In this document: positions 39,269 through 52,395 of the stretch, one piece after another
How positions within the stretch are numbered: position 1 is the stretch's first letter
Layout: the number at the start of each line of letters is the position of its first letter
Assembly: GCA_030390025.1 (NCBI GenBank)
Contig: CM059432.1
Coordinates: 57,228,001 to 57,292,000 of the forward strand
DNA: 64,000 nt
Direction of reading: 5' to 3'
Source of the DNA: Squalus acanthias
Lineage: Eukaryota
Position numbers and translations under genes: made by a program
Notes under the pieces: generated by a model
What the model was told of the DNA's origin: nothing
Database searches by the model: none
Seen by the model: only the letters and a program-made list of their open reading frames with translations

Positions 39269-40025
39269 TCCATGTCTTAACAAGCCTCTGCATGAAAAAT
39301 GTCTAACCTCTCCATTTGATCTGTTTGTGATGATCTTAAATTCATGCCTTCTGCTTACTGACTCACCAATCAGCGGAAAGAATTTTTCCCTATTGACCTT
39401 ATCAAAACCCCATATAATTTTGAACACCCCTATCAGATCTCCTCTTAACCTTTTTTGTTTTAACAGAAAGAGCCCCTGTTTCTTTAGTCTATCATCATAA
39501 CTAAAGGCTCTCATCCTTGGTACCATTTTAATGAATCTCTTCTGTACCCTCTCCATTGCCTCGGCAGGGCATCCAAAACTGGAAACAATATTCCAACATT
39601 TTAATACAATAACCAATGATTTGTATAGGTTTAGCATTACCTCTCTGCTTTTGTAATTGATGCCCCATTTAAGAAAGCCAAAGATCCACTTTGTTTTCTT
39701 TCACAGCTTTATCAACTTGTCTTCCCACTTTTAAAGATTTGCATTTCTGAATCTCTAAGGCCGGAATTGTGCCTACCTGTGTGGGTCCGGTGCGGCTGGT
39801 GCCCGTGGCGGGTCGCGACCTTGCTGTTGGCTCCATCCCGCTGTTAAAAATGAGCCCACTCAGTGAGTTAACCGGCCCAATGAGATGGAGTGGGTCTGGT
39901 GATGTCATTCATGACGTGTTTTCAGCCAGGATATTTAAAGGGACGATGGCCACATTAGATTTGACGTTTAATCTAACATAGTGCTGTCAGTGCACTACCG
40001 CATTGGAGTGCTGCAAACACTGACA

Positions 40026-40262
40026 ATGACTGTACAGAGGCAGAGGGCTGCACCCAGGTTCTCCGATGACTCCGTCCATATGCTTATGGAGGGAGTCACA
40101 GCACGCAGGGAGGTCCTCTTCCCTTCCGTTGGGCGGAAGAGACCTCCCCAGGAGACCAAGACAGCCTGGTTGCAGATTGCAGAGGAGGCCACAAGCAGGG
40201 ATGTGGTCAGGAGGAACTGGGTGCAGTGCCACAAATATTTCAATGATCTCAGTAGATCAGGA
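40026..40262 (+). pseudogene. Harbinger Myb/SANT-like DNA-binding protein, first exon remnant
   Basis: Trihelix pattern RF...L...W..IA...R.W.QC..F.DL. Confidence 0.75.
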
Positions 40263-40942
40263 AACATTAGTACAAAGCCACACTCAACCTCATCCTGCTG
40301 TGCCTCTCATCACATCCCCATAACTCTGTCTTCCCTACCCTACTCCTGCACATCCTTACTCACACCAACTTACCTTGCACCTCCACCCGTCCCTCTCTAT
40401 CTACATTATCACATCCCCATCTCACTAGCCACTGCTCACACTCACCCTCACCCTCATCCTAATGCAATCATACCAACTAACAACACACAAGGGTAGCCAC
40501 TTGGGTGTTTTATCCACTGTTTATGTAAAGTTTCTGTTAATGTGGTGTCAAACATAGAAATCTTTATTTTCAACACTTTGGACAGATTTGTGTGCAGCTT
40601 TGGAAGTGGCCTAGTGAGTTACAGTGAATGGTGAGACATAACGTTACTCCCGCAATGGTGCCAACCTGGCGCATCATGTGGCAACCCTATGTGTGTACAA
40701 CGTAAAGTTAACTAAATCTGGCCATGATGAGGCCATCCCTGGCCTCCTGGGCAGCAATGTGGTCGGGTGCTGATGCCCTGTGTCCTGTGTCCTGTGCAGC
40801 ATCAGTTGATTGCGGAGAAGTTTGGTGTTGTTGTTGGTGCTGCTGGTGTGCCTGGTGCTGCTGGTGTTGGGGCTGATCGTGGTCCGATCCTGAGGACCAA
40901 GGTGAGACAGTATAAACGGCACCCCTGTTGATGGAATAGATG

Positions 40943-41139
40943 TGAGAAGTCGCACAACACCAGGTTATAGTCCAACAGCTTTATTTGAAATCACAAGCTT
41001 TCGGAGCGCTGCTCCTTCGTCAGGTGAAGGAGCAGCGCTCCGAAAGCTTGTGATTTCAAATAAAGCTGTTGGACTATAACCTGGTGTTGTGCGACTTCTC
41101 ACTTTTGTCCACCCCAGTCCAACACCGGCATCTCCACAC
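40943..41139 (+). mobile_element. Fold-back mini-Penelope (pLTR only) with hammerhead motif
   Basis: 77-bp perfect arms 40942-41018 / 41026-41102 plus pLTR tail, TSD GATGGAATAGATG. Confidence 0.9.
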
Positions 41140-41618
41140 GATGGAATAGATGGCAGGTGAAGTACAGATGACAGAAGCGATCTGCCAATGGTGAGAGAGT
41201 TCTTTCAATGAGGCGAGACTGGATGGAGACTTTGCTGGAAAGACTTGCAGCCTGCAGAATCTGTGCTGGAAATGGACTGAGCAACAGCTTCTGCATAAGG
41301 AAAATGATCATCTGTCAGGTGGGAGCTTTTACTGTACATTTCATGCTGTCAAGTAATCAGCTGGAGTAATGGCCACTGAACTCCCACCACAGGTTGACAG
41401 ACGTGGTTCCCGAGCTGTGTGAATCCCATGGCCATGCAGGGAGATTTAAAAAGTGAGTGGAAAAAGGCTCTTAAGTGCCTGTAAACTACCTGATAATCAT
41501 TTCAATTGGGTCACCTGCCGCTGCCGGTCGGGTCGGCTCTGCGATGACAGACGCACCTCGGGGAAAGGCGCAAGGGAGCGAGATGATAGCGGGTTCCCGA
41601 CCTGCTGTCAAAAATAAC

Positions 41619-42314
41619 GGCCTAAAAATTCGGTTGCTTTGCGTCTCCCGTTAGTGCCTTAAGAGGGCACTAATGGGGCACAAAGCAACTAGCGCCTGGG
41701 CGCGGTGCCGCCAACGCCTCCCGCGAAATTCAGCGGGAGGTTAGCGACGGCGGTAACTGTTAGTGCCCCCACGGCGCTGCGCCACCGGCGATGACGTCAT
41801 CACCATGCACAGCGCCCCGCTCGTGCCCTGGCCGCGATCTTCGGTAGCGCCCCCTGACTTACTGCCGGGGTGGCGAAAATTAAAGGGGAGGTGCCGGGAG
41901 GCCATTTTTGTTGCTGGCCACCTGCCAGCACCTGCCCCCTCTGCTGTCTCCGGCCTCCTCTGCAGCCCCCCCGTGGAGTGCTGGCTGCGCTCCGTGAGCC
42001 CGGCACTTCTCTTGAGTGCCGGGCTCTTTTGCCGGCACTCCAATCCCTGGTGGCCCAGCTGGGCCCTGGGTCGCGCTGTGCTAGGCCCCTGCAGTACCAC
42101 AGCGCAACGTGCCGCAGATTGTGGTGCTGCGGCAAGTAGTGCCACAATATTCACTCGCAGCACCCCAAGAGGAAGGCGGTGCGCTTCCAGTAGTGCCCTG
42201 CCTCCCTCTTGGGGCGCTACCGGTGAATTTCGGCCGCCAATTTTTTCGGGGCGCTAAAAGTAGTGCCCCGGCGAAGTTAGCGCCCCAAAGGGGGTGCAAC
42301 TCAATTTTTCCCCC
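41619..42314. mobile_element. GC-rich Harbinger-type MITE nested in the Harbinger element
   Basis: TSD AAC. Ends GGCCTAAAAATT / AATTTTTCCCCC. First ~100 bp align with 27480-27590. Confidence 0.8.
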
Positions 42315-43591
42315 AACAACTTTCTCACCCGATTGTGCCCACTCCTACCTCAGAAAATTCCGGCCTAAGTCTCTCTGTTTTGCTACTCCTTTTAAAGTTT
42401 TATCATTTAGTGCATATTTCGTCTTATTCTTCCTTCCAAAAAATGTATCACCTCACATTTCTCTGCAATAAATTTCATCTGATTTATATGTTCCCAATCT
42501 ATTGACCTATGCCCTCCTAAAGTTGATTACAGTCCTCTTTATCAATGCACTTCATTTTATCCTCAAAGAACTCCATTGTCAGTTACAAGTAGCCTATCCA
42601 TATTGGATGTCCATAATTAACCCATGTCTTTCTAAGTGTGTATTCATTTTTACCTGTATTATGGCTTCTAGAACTTATCCACTACCAATGTTAGGCTGAC
42701 AGGTCTATAGCTACCTGATTTCTTTCTTTCTTCCTTCTTGAACAGCAGTGTTACATTAGCGACCCTCCTGTCCTCTGGCACAAGTTCCATATCCAAGGAT
42801 ATTTGAAAGATTGTTGCCCAGAGCATCTGACAATTCTTCTCTGAGTTCCTCCAGCATTCTAGGATGCATGCCATTCCACTATCACTAATCTATGAAAATT
42901 GAGGCAAAGAATTCATTTAGTTTCTCTGCCATTCCTTACATAGGATTACATAGGATATATGGCACAGAAACAGGCCATTCGGTCCAACCAGTCCATGCCG
43001 GCTTTTATGCTCCACTCGAGCCTCCTCCCATCTTTCCTCATCCTTCATGCTCTAGAAGAATACCTTTCTCCTCTCTGATCAGCGTCACCTTTTCTTTAAC
43101 TTTTCTTTATTTTTTATGTGTTTATAAAATCCTTCACTACGGTCCCCACCGCTTCTAGGCAGCGCATTTGTGTGAATGCGATTTGCCTGCTATACGCGAT
43201 AGCTTGTATAATGCAGTAGCTTTAATAAAATTAAAAATCATTCCAGTTAGTTGCTCCTGAGTAGCTGCTGAGCAGAATTTGTCCCTGCGGACTAATTTTA
43301 GGACTAAGACAAAGTGTCCTGGGAAAAAACCCAGCTATCAGGCAGTTTAAGTCGAATCAGTGTGTGGAGTGTAATACGCATTTAGGAGACCATCCTTGGA
43401 CACTTGCAAAGAACTCTATTCCCTGGACAATATATTTCATGATAGGAAAGGACAGACAAACTGTCTGCTTTATTCTAGCATGAAAAAAAATTCCATGCAA
43501 AGTTTTATATTAGTTTTAGGTCTTAAAATGCAGCTTTGGGCTACAGTTTTACTACACCAAATAGACACCAGAGCCTCCTGTATTTAATGTA

Positions 43592-43923
43592 CAGGAAACT
43601 TTCGTTTATCCGGCACCCAAATATCCGGAATTCTCGCTTAACCGGCAAAAATCAGGTAAGTTTTATTATACAGACAAGACCCCGATTCTGACCTTTCGCC
43701 CCCACGAAAGGGGGGTCAACGTTCTTCTGACTCGGACCTGTCGCCGCCTGGGAGGAAAAAGCCGGAGTCTCGTTTACTTTCCCTCTCCGGGTCCCAATTG
43801 TTAAGCCTGTGGCCGTGTACGGGGCTCTCGTACCTTGGTAAGTATACCTCTCTGTAATCCGGCACTTTCGATCAACCGGCACCACGCCGGTCCCGTCGGT
43901 GCCAGATAAACGAAAGTTTCCTG
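43592..43923. mobile_element. Tc1/mariner (pogo/Tigger-like) MITE
   Basis: 26-bp TIR CAGGAAACTTTCGTTTATC(C/T)GGCACC, TA TSD on both sides. Confidence 0.9.
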
Positions 43924-45387
43924 TACTTGGTAGCCATAGTGGGATCGGTTTCTCAAGTTACTATATACTTTCATGTAATTATACGAACTAGTGAGTAAAC
44001 ACAGCTGTTTCTGTCCAAAATAAATGCAGCACTTACGACGCTACAACCAGAAACTTTGAAATTGAAATTAATGCAAATGTATAATGGTTATTGGTTTTTG
44101 GTCAATATAAGCAATGGATGTTTTAAATGGTGGGAACTGTATGTCCCTTTATGCCACCCATCAGTTTTGCTTCATGCTAGTTCTTAATCTTCTAATCTTC
44201 TTTTTTGCTTCCTCTCTATATTATTTTCAATACTCTGCTTGATTTTCTTTTATACTACTAGACTTAGATTTGCACATGTCTCTTTCTTAAGTATCGTTTT
44301 TAAGTTCTCTATTTATTCAAGGAGCCTCAGTTTTTGCTACACTCCTTGTGTTTCATGTGCAAATATGTCTGTTTTATACTGTAAGCATCTCCTTTTTGAA
44401 AGCTTCCCACAGTTTATCCACTGTCTTATCGACCAATTCTTATTTCTAATTTTTCTGAAGTAGTTTTCTTTTTATCTCTTTGAAATTGGCTTTTTTTAGT
44501 TAAATATCTTTAGCTTTTAACTTTCCTTTTCAATTTTTATACCAAACCTAATTATGTTATAGTTATTGTTTCCTAGATGTTCGCCATCCCCTATAATACC
44601 TCTTTGCTCCACTTAATTTCCTAGAACTAGATCCAGCATTGCCACCTTTCTTGTTGGGCTAAAAACATACTGATCTAGAATGCAGTTCTAGGCGCATTGT
44701 AGAAACAATTCCCCTTCTTTGCCACTTATATTACCAAAATGATCTGCAGTCCTATTATTTTTGCTCTCATAGTTTAATATTTATCCCTATGCACATGCAA
44801 TGATATAATAGTATTAATGTGCCCATATCTTAAATATATGTCTTCAGTGTAATACAGAGTGTACAGTACACTCCTTCAATTGAAAATGCCATCAATCATC
44901 AATAAACATAAGATAAAAAAGGCACTGTTCATGAATAATACAGAACATAATAAGCCTGGCCATAAAAAATAAAATGGCTGAACTAGGTCTGTTTGAAATC
45001 ACAACAGGAGAACAATCATCATTGCTAAAATACAACAGATTAGCAAATGGTAGAATCTAATCTCTAATTGTTTTAACAGCTGTGAGATGGAAAACATTAC
45101 ATTGGTAAAGGTATTAAAGAATGACTTGCATTTATTTACACATCTCTGAAATGTCTCAAAATGTTTCACATACAATGAATTCATTTGACTACAACAACAA
45201 CAACTTGCATTTATAAAGAGCCATTAATGTAGAAATAATGTCCCAAGGTGTATAATTGTTATGTAGGCAAATGCAGCAGCCATTTTACACAGAAGAGGAT
45301 CCCACAAACACCAATCAGATGACAAACTAGTTAATGGGCCGGAATTTCCTCAATCCGACTCATGCTGAAATTACACTGAGCTTGATG

Positions 45388-47326
45388 ATAGAATCATAGA
45401 ATCATAGAATGGTTACAGCATGGAAGAAGGCCATTCGGCCCATTGAGCCCGTGCCGGCTCTCTGCAAGAGCACTTCAGCTGGTCCCATTCCCCCGCCCTT
45501 TCCCCGTAGCCCAGCAAGATTTTTCCTTCAGATACTTATCCAATTCCCTTTTGAAAGCCACGATTGAATCTGCCTCCACCACCCTTTCAGGCAGTGCATT
45601 CCAGATCCTAACCACTCACTACGTAAAAAAGTTTTCCTCATGTTGCCTTTGGTTCTTCTGCGAATCACCTTAAATCTGTGTCCTCTGGTTCTCGACCCTT
45701 CTGCCAGTGGGAACAGTTTTTCTCTATCTACTCTGTCCAGACCCCTCATGATTTTGAACACCTCTATCAAATCTCCTCTCAACCTTCTCTGCTCTAAGGA
45801 GAACAACCCCAGCTTTTCCAGTCTATCCATGTATCTGAAGTCCCTCATCCCCGGAATCATTCTCATAAATCTTTTCTGCATCCTCTCTAAGGCCTTCACA
45901 TCCATCCTAAAGTGTGGTGCCCAGAATTGGACACAATAGTCCAGTTGAGGCCGAACCAGTGTTTTATAAAGGTTCATCATAACTTCCTTGCTTGTGTACT
46001 CTATGCTTCTATTTATGAACATGATGCGGAGATGCCGGTGTTGGACTGGGGTGGACAAAATTGAGAGGTCGCACAACACCAGGTTATAGTCCAACAGTTT
46101 TATTTGAAATCACAAGCTTTCGGAGCTATCGATTTGCTCCTTCCTCAGGTGAGGAAGGAGCAAATCGATAGCTCCGAAAGCTTGTGATTTCAAATAAAAC
46201 TGTTGGACTATAACCTGGTGTTGTGCGACCTCTCTATTTATGAAGCCCAGGATCCCGTATGCTTTTTTAACCGCTTTCTCAACCTGCCTTGCCACCTTCA
46301 ACGATTTGTGCACATGTACTCCCAGGTCTCTCTGTTCATGCATCCCCTTTAGAATTGTACCCTTTAGTTTATATTGCCTCTCCTTGTTCTTCCTACCAAA
46401 ATGTATCACTTTGCACTTTTCTGCATTAAATTTCATCTGCCACGTGTCTGCCCATTCCACCAGCCTGTCTATGTCCTCTTGAAGTCTATCACTATCCTCC
46501 TTGCTGTTCACTATACTTCCAAGTTTTGTGTCATCCGCATATTTTGAAATTGTGCCCTGTACACCCAAGTCCAAGACATTAATATATATCAAGAAAAGCA
46601 GTGCTCCTAGTACTGACCCCTGGGGAACACCACTGTATACCTTCCTCCAGTCCAATAAACAACCGTTCTCTGTTTCCTGTCACTGAGCCAATTTTGTATC
46701 CATGCTTCCACTGTTCCATTTATTCTATGGGCTTCAACTTTGCTGGCAAGCCTATTATGTGGCACTTTATCAAATGCCTTTTGGAAGTCCATGCACACCA
46801 CATCAACCGCATTACCCTCATCAACCCTCTCTGTTACCTCATCAAAAACTCAATCAAGTTAGTTAAACACGATTTGCCTTTAACAAATCCGTGCTGGCTT
46901 CTCTTAATTAATCCACACTTGTCCAAGTGACTGTTAATTTTGTCCCGGATTATCGTTTCGAAAAGCTTCCCCACCACCGAGGTTAAACTGACTGGCCTGT
47001 AGTTACTGAATTTATCCTTACCCTTTTTTGAATAAGGCTATAACATATGCAATTCTCCAGTCCTCTGGCACCACCCCCGTATCTAAGGAGGATTGGAAGA
47101 TTATGGCCAGTACCTCCACAATTTCCACCTTTACTTCCCTCAGCATCCTAGGATGCATCCCATCCAGTCCTGGTGACTTATCTACTTTAAGTACAGCCAG
47201 CCTTTCTAGTACCTCCTCTTTATCAATTTTTATCCCATCCAGTATCTCAACTACCTCTCCTTTCACTATGACTTTAGCAGCATCTTCTTCCTTGGTAAAG
47301 ACAGATGCAAAGTACTCATTTAGTAC
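45388..47326 (-). mobile_element. 5'-truncated CR1 LINE, apparently inserted in a MITE (45336-47581) and itself interrupted by a mini-Penelope
   Basis: RT motifs DFQKAFDKVPH, GVPQGSVLG and YADD, plus (CATAGAAT)n tail. Confidence 0.92.
46020..46232 (-). mobile_element. Fold-back mini-Penelope with hammerhead motif
   Basis: Arms 46063-46147 / 46150-46234, pLTR tail on the left, TSD TCTATTTATGAA (46008-46019 / 46233-46244). Confidence 0.9.
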
Positions 47327-48871
47327 ATTGGCGAAATTTATGCTCGTTCAGAACAGGTGTAAATGTAGGAAACCCGTGTTCTCTGGTCTTTTGCACAGGT
47401 TAATGAGTTAAGTTGGATCTTGGCAGATGTAACTCAGGAGTGGCGCAAATGATTGAGGAAATTTGCACATAGTGATGTAAAACTGGGGTAAATCAGTTAC
47501 GTGCAAATTTCCAAGGTAAAACATGGTGCAACTCTGCTCTATGCCATAGTTACACCAAAACTTTCCAGAAAATTCCAGGCCAGTATGTTTTTTGGTGGTG
47601 GTTAACGGAAGAATCTTGCAAGGTTGTGTATAGATGTGAAGGATATGCATCAAATATTTAACTGTATTTATGTCTTCATTCAATGAATTGTTAATACAGT
47701 GATTTTACTGTGTTTTCCCCCCTCTGGCACAACCACGCTTTGCTCTTCAGTCAGAAGAGTGGGACAGGCTGACCTGCTGACACTGCAGTGGGTCCTGACA
47801 ATGGTTGTTCTTATGCTTTTATTAGAATTTGTATAACCTTTGTTCACATTGGAGGATCCAATTGTAAACTTTAATTGCAGCAAAACATTTCCCATTTTTT
47901 CTCCATTGTTTAGTATTACCAAACTAGGCAAAGCTGAGAAATAAATTGATTTCTAATTGTGTTTTTTACAAGTCCACAGGACACTAGATATGGATAATAT
48001 GTTGCTACGTTTAACCTGGAGATAACAACACATTTTAGAAGCCAAACTATTTTTTGTTTCGTGTTTTCTGTCACATATGTCTTTGAATTGCTGACTGAAT
48101 GAAAGGGTAACAAGGTGCTAGAGGCTATTTTTATCTAGTTGTTGTTGAAATCCCAGTTCAAATCTTGGCAATCTAGTTATGTTTTTATTAGGATTGAAGA
48201 GTACATATTTAGAAGCTGAGTGGTATTGTGGATTGAAACCTCTGGAGACATGGGTCCAAGTGCATTCCAGTAATGAACATTGCCTTTACCAATGTCACAT
48301 GTTAAATGAGTTTGGTTGATCTTGGTCAAGTCCCCAGTCTCCAGTCCCCCAATCAACTTGAATCCACAGTATAATAATTCTCAGCTGTTTTCTTCTTAAA
48401 ACATGTCAATTTAGATTTGTGAGACCTTGGGTTCATTTTGTAGCAGAATGAATTGCTATGCTTGCTTACATTTATAGTAACTCCATGCTTTTAGTTACCA
48501 TTGTTGTTTGTTGTCAGCATTCAAACTTGATGTGAAAGACTAAAAAATTAAAGGTTTTTGTTATATCATGCTTTAATGAAAATATATCTGAGAATTTTTC
48601 ATTCCTATTTGATGGTTATGTGTACACTTTAAACATTTCAAAGGCAAGTACGTTGCAGTGCGGAGAGAGCACAACACCTGTGTCAGGTGTCAAAGGTCAA
48701 CAAGAAATAATGAGGAATAATATAATCTTCAAAACTGAATATTTTCCAGTAAGGAAGGGCTGGCACTTATTGTCCAGGGTATTTTGTAAAGTTTTATGAT
48801 TAAGAACACAAACACCCAAAGACTCTGGGTGTGCAATTTGACTAATGAATGTGTTTTGTTTTGCTTTGCAG

Positions 48872-49713
48872 GATATGGCCATGCAGCTCCAGACACTGAT
48901 GCAGGTAAAGCTTTTTGCATGTTTTATGCCGTGCTGGGAATACCACTGACCCTAGTCATGTTCCAGAGTCTGGGAGAACGGATGAATACGTTTGTCAAAT
49001 ACCTTTTGAAACGAATAAAGAGATGCATCGGCATGAAAAACACGGACGTGTCTATGGAGAACATGGTGACCGTGGGTTTCTTCTCTTGCATGGGGACCCT
49101 ATGCATCGGAGCAGCCGCCTTCACACATTATGAAGGCTGGAACTTTTTTCACGCGTATTACTACTGCTTCATCACATTGACTACAATAGGGTTCGGGGAC
49201 TTTGTGGCCCTCCAGAAAGATAAGGCCCTGCAGAAAAGGCCGCTCTATGTGGCCTTTAGCTTTATGTATATTTTAGTGGGTTTAACGGTTATTGGAGCTT
49301 TCCTCAATCTGGTGGTTCTCAGGTTTTTGACCATGAACAGCGAAGACGAGCGGCGGGATGCCGAAGAGCGAGCTTCTTTGGCGGGGAATAGGAACAGCAT
49401 GATCATCCATATCCAGGAGGACCCCCAACAGGGCCGGCAGCGGTACAAAACTGAGGTGACAGACCTGCAGTCCGTTTGCTCCTGCATGTGCTACAGGTCC
49501 CACGAGTATACCAACCAGGTGGTCTCTCACCAGAATTCGTTCAGTTCCCAACTCAACCCTCAGTACTTTCACTCAGTATCTTACAAGATAGAAGAGATTT
49601 CACCGAGCACATTGAAAAACAGTCTGTTCCCGTCCCCTGTGAGTTCTGTGTCGCCGGGTTTGCACAGCTTCAACGAGAACCACAGGCTCATGAGAAGGAG
49701 GAAGTCCATTTGA
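48872..49713 (+). CDS. KCNK9: KCNK9 (TASK-3, K2P9.1) final coding exon
   Basis: Acceptor TTTTGCTTTGCAG| splits the P1 GYG motif. [37 protein letters not shown]2 TTIGFGD, TASK-3-type [24 protein letters not shown]-terminal 14-3-3 motif RRRKSI. Confidence 0.95.
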
Positions 49714-51080
49714 AACACTTTTTGTTTTGTTTTGTTTTTGAGCGTGCTGGAGAAGAAGAAGAAGAAAATAAAGAAGCCTTTCTCTGGAACTCAGAAACCA
49801 AGCATGAAGCATGGTTAATAACAGCTCCACAGCAGCAACAATATGCCTTACAGGTGGCAGCTGGAATTTTAGGAACAAGCAACATGTTGGGCATCCATCG
49901 AAACTACATACAAGAGGACTCGTTTGATTGGCATTAAACTGCTTGGGAGAGATGGTAAACTGTTAGAATGAGAGAGTGTTATTGAGGAAAGTGGTTTGTG
50001 TGAGGAAACAATGCATCAGGTATTAATTTTGTAAAACAGTTTAAATACTGAGTTTCAGACTTGACCAACAGAACAGAAGAACCCAAATCCTGTTGCCAAA
50101 ACAGCATGCACATTAACACATGAAGCAGTCGGTATACCGGATGTGCCATTGTATTTTCAACAGCTGGCTCTTTATTACTGGATTGTAAAGTGCAGAAAGA
50201 TCATTTTAGCATGCCAGTTAAAATGCATGCGCTTTGTAAAACTGGTATGCATTGTAACTTACCTGAAAACACAACTTAACTAGCAATGAAATTAATAAAG
50301 CAATTAATATTTATTGATTTATGACAAGTATTTATGCTTTTGCGGCAATTCCGGCCATTCACTCTTTCTTGCCTTTTGAGGGGGGGGGGGGGGGTGGGGG
50401 GGGAGGAGTAAAAATGAATGGCTGGAGTTGCATTTAGTAACTTTAGTGCAGTTATGACCTGCATGACCTGGAATTAGTTTTTGAATGCCTGGATAAAGAG
50501 AGTAAGACTAGAAAAATAACAACAACAAAAAAAAGATTTTCCTTTCCAGAAGGTCTAACAGTTTAAGTGATTTTAACTGTTACTTCCAAAACTGTTTTTT
50601 TTTGCTGTTCTAAGAAATAGTTCAAATGAGAGGAGGCTGTAACAATATGTTTACAACTCAAGGTAGATCTCAAACTCGTGTATAAAATGTAATTATTGGG
50701 GTTGCTTCTTTTTTGTAATGAATGCACTAACATGTATATATTTTACATTGTCTTTACAATTACTGCAGTGTTGTAAAATAATGCACTTTTCTATTTTTTT
50801 CATTAAAATATGGCACGTTTCAAAATGTACATTGTTGCTTTTATAATGAATGTACATGGTTAAGGAAAATCCTGTAAATTTGCACCACAGAAGCTAACTT
50901 CAGTGGTAGTATTTTGTACAAAAGAACAGGCATCTATAGAGATTTATGAATATATATAATATATATATTCAAATTTGAATGAAAATGTACAGAGAAGATT
51001 TAACTGATGAATTTAAGTATAAAGAGATGTTATAAATGACAAATATTTTGCATGCAATAAAAAGTACATTTTTGACAAGT
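49714..51080 (+). other. Probable KCNK9 3' UTR with candidate polyA signal AATAAA at 51056-51061
   Basis: Repeat-free AU-rich stretch after the stop. The end is uncertain (ATTAAA also at ~50802 and ~51132). Confidence 0.55.
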
Positions 51081-51249
51081 GTTATGTGCAAAGTGACATT
51101 CACAAATTTTCCCCAATCAGATTTACAGTCAATTAAAAAGTTGTTCACAATGACTGGATGAATGAACACGCTGGTAAAAGATTACCACCACCTCCCCCCC
51201 CCCCCACCCCACACACACATCCCCCAACCCGTCTTCTATGTAACATAAT

Positions 51250-51994
51250 GGCCCAGAAATTAAAGACGGAGCCTTCCTGCGGGGGTAAGGCTTCCCCGCG
51301 ATATCTCACTGCGCGCCTGCCTTTTCATTCCGAGCTCACACGAACTTTACTTTCAAGACTGCAGCTGTGCAGTGCTTGCGTATCCCACAGACGCAGTTAA
51401 TTCGTGCGAGCTGTGGGATCACGTGACTCAGTTAGAGCCAATGGCAGCACACCATCTTTCATTCATAGTTTTCACAGCAAGGGCTGTGAAAGCTGTGAAT
51501 CTATACCCCCCCAAAAGAACAGCTAAACCTCAATTAAATTTTTTAAAAAAAACCATCACATTAATAAAATAAGTATAGTTAAATAAATTAACCACGTTAA
51601 ACAAAAAATTAAATTTTTGAAAAAATTTAAAATCTTTTTAAAAGTTATAAAAATAAACTTACCTTTCTTTAAAGTCTCTAAAAATGATATACCTGTTGAA
51701 AAAAATTCAAAATAATACTTAATTAACTACTTACCTTGTTAAAAGAGGGTCTTTCGCCTCCTTTCTTTATGTGCAAAATCTTCCATGCTTACCTGCGCGT
51801 TCAAAGCACTAAGTGCACTGCGTGCGCGCAGCCTGTAGCGCGCACGCGGTTCACTTAGGAACCGCCCCCTTTTGAAATCACCAAGTGCCGGTTTTCAGCG
51901 CATGCGCAGTGCATGCAGAAAACCGGCAATTGGAGACAGAATACGCGAGAGTACACAGTGCGTACTCTCGCGTAGTGAGACTAATTTTTGGGCC
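51250..51994. mobile_element. PIF/Harbinger-type MITE
   Basis: TIRs GGCCCAGAAATT / AATTTTTGGGCC, TSD AAT. Confidence 0.82.
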
Positions 51995-52395
51995 AATGGC
52001 AGCACAGGTGTCAACAAACATGACCAGTCTAGAGCATTTGATTTTTCATTAACAGGCTAAAGAACTTTTTGGGTTTAGTTGTTTTGGCTATCGCATAATG
52101 TGACTACGGCTTTTAAAGGGTGCAAGAAATATCTGGACCTTTTCCCTGTCTGACTGCTGTAACATCTTAGACTCAGTACAGGCAACTTGGTGAAGTCAAA
52201 TTGAGCTCATGTTAGACTTACCAGCACAAAGGATTGATCTTGATCAGAATGTGGACCACACTGCACTGTACAGGCTTACAGCAATGTACAGTGCCAGAGA
52301 CTGTCATGCACTTGTAGTTCATAGAAATGGCTTGCACATATTAAGTCGCACTTCTCAGCCTAATCAGCCATGGTACGAAACAAACCTTTAATGTA

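Larger units (their letters stand above)
39759..42365 (+). mobile_element. Non-autonomous PIF/Harbinger transposon retaining a Myb/SANT-like ORF
   Basis: Perfect 10-bp TIRs GGCCGGAATT and TSD TAA (39756-39758 / 42366-42368). ORF RAAPRFSDDSVHMLMEGV..AWLQIAEE..RNWVQCHKYFNDL. No transposase seen. Confidence 0.88.
38905..42490 (-). mobile_element. Old CR1 fragment split by nested insertions
   Basis: CR1 peptides in ORF 39071-39637. The CR1 sequence resumes after 42368. Confidence 0.75.

Noticed and set aside
41741..42471. Cluster of overlapping 70-160 aa ORFs
   Set aside because: GC-rich MITE interior depleted of stop codons; no domain similarity
48796..48871. N-terminal [11 protein letters not shown]... 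of the 305-aa ORF
   Set aside because: Intronic read-through upstream of the splice acceptor; KCNK9 similarity starts at GYG
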